From positions 1-12,628 of IMG/VR virus record IMGVR_UViG_2690316231_000010: DNA of 12,628 bases; one strand, given 5' to 3'. A model generated the notes under the pieces. That model searched no databases, had not been told where the DNA came from, and was given only the letters and a program-made list of their open reading frames with translations. The position numbers were made by a program, and so were the translations under genes. The stretch's first letter is position 1. Every line of letters begins with the position of its first letter. Below, in pieces: positions 9,792 to 12,628 of this stretch. This DNA comes from a virus (lineage: Duplodnaviria > Heunggongvirae > Uroviricota > Caudoviricetes).

Positions 9792-10114
9792 ATGTCCAGA
9801 AAAACAGAATTTAAAGGCACCGCAGCTTCTCGCCGTAGAGCTCGTCGCGCAAATCTGCAAAGTCAGAAGGCGATCAGCTCCGACAAGCTACACAGGCCAA
9901 CCCCTTCACGAGTGGTCTTGCAATGCAAGCGCAAACCAGCAATGAGAGCAGAAGTAATAACACTGACAACGCTGACCAGAAAATATGAAGGCTCAACTTG
10001 TCTTCCAAACGTAGCTCTTTACGCGGCAGGCTACCGGAAATCCAAACAACTGACAGCAAGATGACTTGTGTTGGTCGCCAGAAAATGAAATTAGGCAGCA
10101 AACCACTTATTTGA
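9792..10114 (+). pseudogene. N: N antiterminator homologue with an apparent -1 frameshift
   Basis: Start MSRKTEFKGTAASRRRARRANLQ (arginine-rich motif, SD gggagga) is in one frame and ends at the stop at 10062-10064; the conserved N C-terminus TCVGRQKMKLGSKPLI* (lambda ...TCSGRQKIKGKSIPLI) is in the +2 frame ending 10114. The span is 323 nt, one short of 324 (107 codons plus stop). Confidence 0.55.
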
Positions 10115-10122
10115 GGTGAGAT

Positions 10123-10209
10123 ATGGAAGAAGAATTTGAAGAGTTCGAAGATCATCCTCAGGATGTGATGGAACAATACCAGGACTATCCGTATGACTAC
10201 GACTATTGA
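10123..10209 (+). CDS. Possible 28-aa acidic peptide (MEEEFEEFEDHPQDVMEQYQDYPYDYDY)
   Basis: Strong SD gaggtga 4 nt upstream of the ATG, 8 nt after the N stop; overlaps the ral remnant start; could be a chance ORF. Confidence 0.25.
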   Translation: MEEEFEEFEDHPQDVMEQYQDYPYDYDY

Positions 10210-10290
10210 TAAGAATCAATGGTGTAGACAATACGAACGACGACAATGATTGCCAGAGAACTTGGTAAACAGAACTACAAGGCTGCCTGA
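10193..10290 (+). pseudogene. ral: ral remnant: N-terminal MTTTIDKNQWC and C-terminal ...IRTTTMIARELGKQNYKAA joined out of frame (internal ~100-bp deletion)
   Basis: Both ends resemble lambda Ral (66 aa) as I recall it, but only 98 bp remain and the halves are in different frames, with a stop at 10247-10249. Confidence 0.5.
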
Positions 10291-10294
10291 TGGT

Positions 10295-10319
10295 GGCCTT
10301 TATTTTTGTCCGTAAATAA
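10295..10319 (+). repeat. Direct repeat copy 1 (ggcctttatttttg-N4-taaataa), 5' of the 149-aa gene
   Basis: ggcctttatttttgtccgtaaataa, matched by copy 2 at 10816-10839 (ggcctttatttttggcataaataa); includes a terminator-like T-run and a possible -35 (ttgtcc) for the downstream gene. Confidence 0.6.
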
Positions 10320-10348
10320 TTTCATGCTTATTACAATCAAGGTGATAT

Positions 10349-10798
10349 ATGGAAGAACAAGCAAACAAGATTCTCGTAGAACTACTGCAAAAAGCCAGTA
10401 ATGGAATAGACGCGGCTGTTTCATTTAGCCAGGCACAGATTCCTGATGTTGTTCATCAGTTGCTGCTATGGAATATGGTTGACAGTCTGATTAAAACATT
10501 AGTGGCCATTCTAACAATCCCACTGGTTTTCTGGTTTATGAAGAAGCAGTGCCAAAGAGTTGAGACAGGTAAAATCGGTGATGAAGGATATTCATGGGAG
10601 AAAGGAAATCCCAAATACAGGCCGACAATGGTTTGGGATAGCAAAGGTGATATTAATCTTCTTATCATGCCATTGGTTGGAGTTTTGACTCTGTGGGGGA
10701 TTTTTATTATTGGTGTAGTAACCAATATGACTTGGTTAAAAATTTGGCTGGCCCCAAAGCTTTACCTTATCGAATATGCAGCATCATTGGTTAGGTAA
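10349..10798 (+). CDS. Hypothetical membrane protein, 149 aa, two predicted TM helices; moron-like insertion between ral and ea10
   Basis: SD aaggtga; hydrophobic segments LIKTLVAILTIPLVFWFM and INLLIMPLVGVLTLWGIFIIGVV; flanked by direct repeats and followed by its own terminator; lambda has no gene in this ral-ea10 interval. Confidence 0.6.
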   Translation: MEEQANKILVELLQKASNGIDAAVSFSQAQIPDVVHQLLLWNMVDSLIKTLVAILTIPLVFWFMKKQCQRVETGKIGDEGYSWEKGNPKYRPTMVWDSKGDINLLIMPLVGVLTLWGIFIIGVVTNMTWLKIWLAPKLYLIEYAASLVR

Positions 10799-10802
10799 TT
10801 TC

Positions 10803-10828
10803 AGGCCGCATAGTCGGCCTTTATTTTT
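10803..10828 (+). terminator. Rho-independent terminator after the 149-aa gene (overlaps direct repeat copy 2 at 10816-10839)
   Basis: aggccgcatagtcggcctttattttt: 6-bp stem (aggccg/cggcct), 6-nt loop, T-run. Confidence 0.65.
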
Positions 10829-10947
10829 GGCATAAATAACAGAATAAACACTGCACTGTGTATTCATTCCAACGAGTGAATACACGGAGCAATGTCGCTC
10901 GTAACTAAACAGGAGCCGACTTGTTCTGATTATTGGAAATCTTCTTT

Positions 10948-10976
10948 GCCCTCCAGTGTGAGGGCGATTTTTTATC
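10948..10976 (+). terminator. Rho-independent terminator upstream of ea10 (possibly tL1-equivalent)
   Basis: gccctccagtgtgagggcgattttttatc: stem gccctc/gagggc, loop cagtgt, T-run. Confidence 0.55.
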
Positions 10977-10993
10977 TGTGAGGATATGAACAG

Positions 10994-11362
10994 ATGCCAA
11001 ACATCAAAAAATACATCATTGATTACGACTGGAAAGCATCAATAGAAATTGAAATCGACCATGACGTAATGACAGAGGAAAAACTTCACCAGATTAATAA
11101 TTTCTGGTCAGACTCTGAATACCGACTCAATAAACACGGCTCTTTATTAAATGCTGTATTAATCATGCTGGCGCAACATGCTCTGCTTATAGCAATTTCG
11201 AAAGACTTAAATGCATATGGTGTTGTTTGTGAGTTCGACTGGGATGATGGAAATGGTCAGGAAGGATGGCCTCCAATGGATGGTAGTGAAGGAATAAGAA
11301 TTACCGATATCGATACATCAGGAATATTTGATTCAGATGATATGACTATCAAGGCCGCCTGA
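10994..11362 (+). CDS. ea10: Ea10-like protein (lambda ea10 position), 122 aa
   Basis: 369-bp ORF exactly 72 bp upstream of cIII, matching the lambda ea10-cIII spacing and length as I recall them; acidic C-terminal half. Confidence 0.7.
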   Translation: MPNIKKYIIDYDWKASIEIEIDHDVMTEEKLHQINNFWSDSEYRLNKHGSLLNAVLIMLAQHALLIAISKDLNAYGVVCEFDWDDGNGQEGWPPMDGSEGIRITDIDTSGIFDSDDMTIKAA

Positions 11363-11434
11363 GTGCGGTTTTACCGCATACCAATAACGCTTCACTCGAG
11401 GCGTTTTTCGTTATGTATAAATAAGGAGCACACC

Positions 11435-11599
11435 ATGCAATATGCCATTGCAGGGTGGCCTGTTGCTGGCTGCCCTTCCGAATCTTTACTTGAACGAATC
11501 ACCCGTAAATTACGTGACGGATGGAAACGCCTTATCGATATACTTAATCAGCCAGGAGTCCCAAAGAATGGATCAAACACTTATGGCTATCCAGACTAA
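11435..11599 (+). CDS. cIII: cIII (lambda-type protease-inhibitor regulator), 54 aa
   Basis: [54 protein letters not shown] matches lambda cIII; SD aaggag. The ORF-track 78-aa version is an upstream extension. Confidence 0.9.
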   Translation: MQYAIAGWPVAGCPSESLLERITRKLRDGWKRLIDILNQPGVPKNGSNTYGYPD

Positions 11600-11711
11600 A
11601 TTCACTATCGCCACTTTTATTGGCGATGAAAAGATGTTTCGTGAAGCCGTCGACGCTTATAAAAAATGGATATTAATGCTGAAACTGAGATCAAGCAAAA
11701 GCATTCACTAA
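11568..11711 (+). CDS. kil: Kil (lambda-type host-killing protein), 47 aa
   Basis: [47 protein letters not shown]; overlaps the cIII 3' end and the gam 5' end as in lambda. Confidence 0.85.
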   Translation: MDQTLMAIQTKFTIATFIGDEKMFREAVDAYKKWILMLKLRSSKSIH

Positions 11712-12082
11712 CCCCCTTTCCTGTTTTCCTAATCAGCCTGGCATTTCGCGGGCGATATTTTCACAGCTATTTCAGGAGTTCAGCCATGAACGCTTATTAC
11801 ATTCAGGATCGTCTTGAGGCTCAGAGCTGGGCGCGTCACTACCAGCAGCTCGCCCGTGAAGAGAAAGAGGCAGAACTGGCAGACGACATGGAAAAAAGCC
11901 TGCCCCAGCACCTGTTTGAATCGCTATGCATCGATCATTTGCAACGCCACGGGGCCAGCAAAAAAGCCATTACCCGTGCGTTTGATGACGATGTTGAGTT
12001 TCAGGAGCGCATGGCAGAACACATCCGGTACATGGTTGAAACCATTGCTCACCACCAGGTTGATATTGATTCAGAGGTATAA
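11666..12082 (+). CDS. gam: Gam (RecBCD inhibitor), 138-aa long form; the 98-aa short form starts at 11787
   Basis: [24 protein letters not shown]... and internal [22 protein letters not shown]... match lambda Gam; SD caggag before the internal start. Confidence 0.9.
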   Translation: MDINAETEIKQKHSLTPFPVFLISLAFRGRYFHSYFRSSAMNAYYIQDRLEAQSWARHYQQLAREEKEAELADDMEKSLPQHLFESLCIDHLQRHGASKKAITRAFDDDVEFQERMAEHIRYMVETIAHHQVDIDSEV

Positions 12083-12087
12083 AACGG

Positions 12088-12628
12088 ATGAGTACAGCAC
12101 TAGCAACGCTGGCAGGGAAGCTGGCTGAACGTGTCGGCATGGATTCTGTCGACCCACAGGAACTGATCACCACTCTTCGCCAGACGGCATTTAAAGGTGA
12201 TGCCAGCGATGCGCAGTTCATCGCATTACTGATCGTTGCCAACCAGTACGGCCTTAATCCGTGGACGAAAGAAATTTACGCCTTTCCTGATAAGCAGAAT
12301 GGCATCGTTCCGGTGGTGGGCGTTGATGGCTGGTCCCGCATCATCAATGAAAACCAGCAGTTTGATGGCATGGACTTTGAGCAGGACAATGAATCCTGTA
12401 CATGCCGGATTTACCGCAAGGACCGTAATCATCCGATCTGCGTTACCGAGTGGATGGATGAATGCCGTCGCGAACCATTCAAAACCCGCGAAGGCAGAGA
12501 AATTACGGGGCCGTGGCAGTCGCATCCCAAACGGATGTTACGGCATAAAGCCATGATTCAGTGTGCCCGTCTGGCCTTCGGATTTGCTGGTATCTATGAC
12601 AAGGATGAAGCCGAGCGCATTGTCGAAA
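12088..12628 (+). CDS. bet: Bet (Red-beta single-strand annealing protein), 5' partial, runs off the window
   Basis: MSTALATLAGKLAERVGMDSVDPQELITTLRQTAFKGDASDAQFIALLIVANQYGLNPWTKEIYAF... matches lambda Bet; no stop before the window end. Confidence 0.9.
   Translation, partial: MSTALATLAGKLAERVGMDSVDPQELITTLRQTAFKGDASDAQFIALLIVANQYGLNPWTKEIYAFPDKQNGIVPVVGVDGWSRIINENQQFDGMDFEQDNESCTCRIYRKDRNHPICVTEWMDECRREPFKTREGREITGPWQSHPKRMLRHKAMIQCARLAFGFAGIYDKDEAERIVE

Noticed and set aside
9708-10176. 118-aa N ORF with upstream extension, plus ORFs 9715-9945 (+) and 9874-10176 (-)
   Set aside because: The extension before MSRKTEF covers the nutL leader; the others are alternative-frame or antisense to N.
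10456-10725. 89-aa minus-strand ORF antisense to the 149-aa membrane-protein gene
   Set aside because: Antisense to a better-supported gene with SD and terminator; no independent signals.
11363-12556. ORFs 11363-11599 and 11442-11711 (frame extensions of cIII and kil) and 11814-12128, 11970-12242, 12226-12525, 12236-12556
   Set aside because: The first two are upstream extensions of cIII and kil; the rest are alternative-frame or antisense ORFs within gam and bet.

Overview
This window reads as a mosaic, truncated lambda-like (lambdoid) prophage fused by an IS100 element to unrelated DNA. Protein identities are from memory of the lambda proteins and family motifs, not from a search. Left arm (1-2269, + strand): a ~790-bp AT-rich non-coding stretch, a YfjJ/YagK-like gene, and two small zinc-ribbon ORFs, the second cut by the IS. 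Centre (2270-4223): a 1954-bp IS100 (istA, istB) with imperfect terminal inverted repeats and no target-site duplication. Right of the IS, on the minus strand: a ninF 5' fragment, ninE, ninB, a ~90-aa ORF, a 25-aa hydrophobic ORF, ren, P, O (with the ori-lambda iterons), cII and cro. On the plus strand: cI, then a two-gene cassette in the slot where lambda carries rexA/rexB, then pL/nutL, a frameshifted N, a ral deletion remnant, an inserted 149-aa membrane-protein gene flanked by direct repeats, and lambda-type ea10, cIII, kil, gam and the start of bet. The immunity region (cII N-terminus, cro, operators, cI DNA-binding domain, N) is not lambda-type, while the cI C-terminal domain and the replication and recombination genes look lambda-type. 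The most interesting candidate is the HicB-like/HicA-like pair in the rex slot, a possible prophage-encoded toxin-antitoxin or exclusion module. The damaged N, ral and ninF suggest a defective cryptic prophage.
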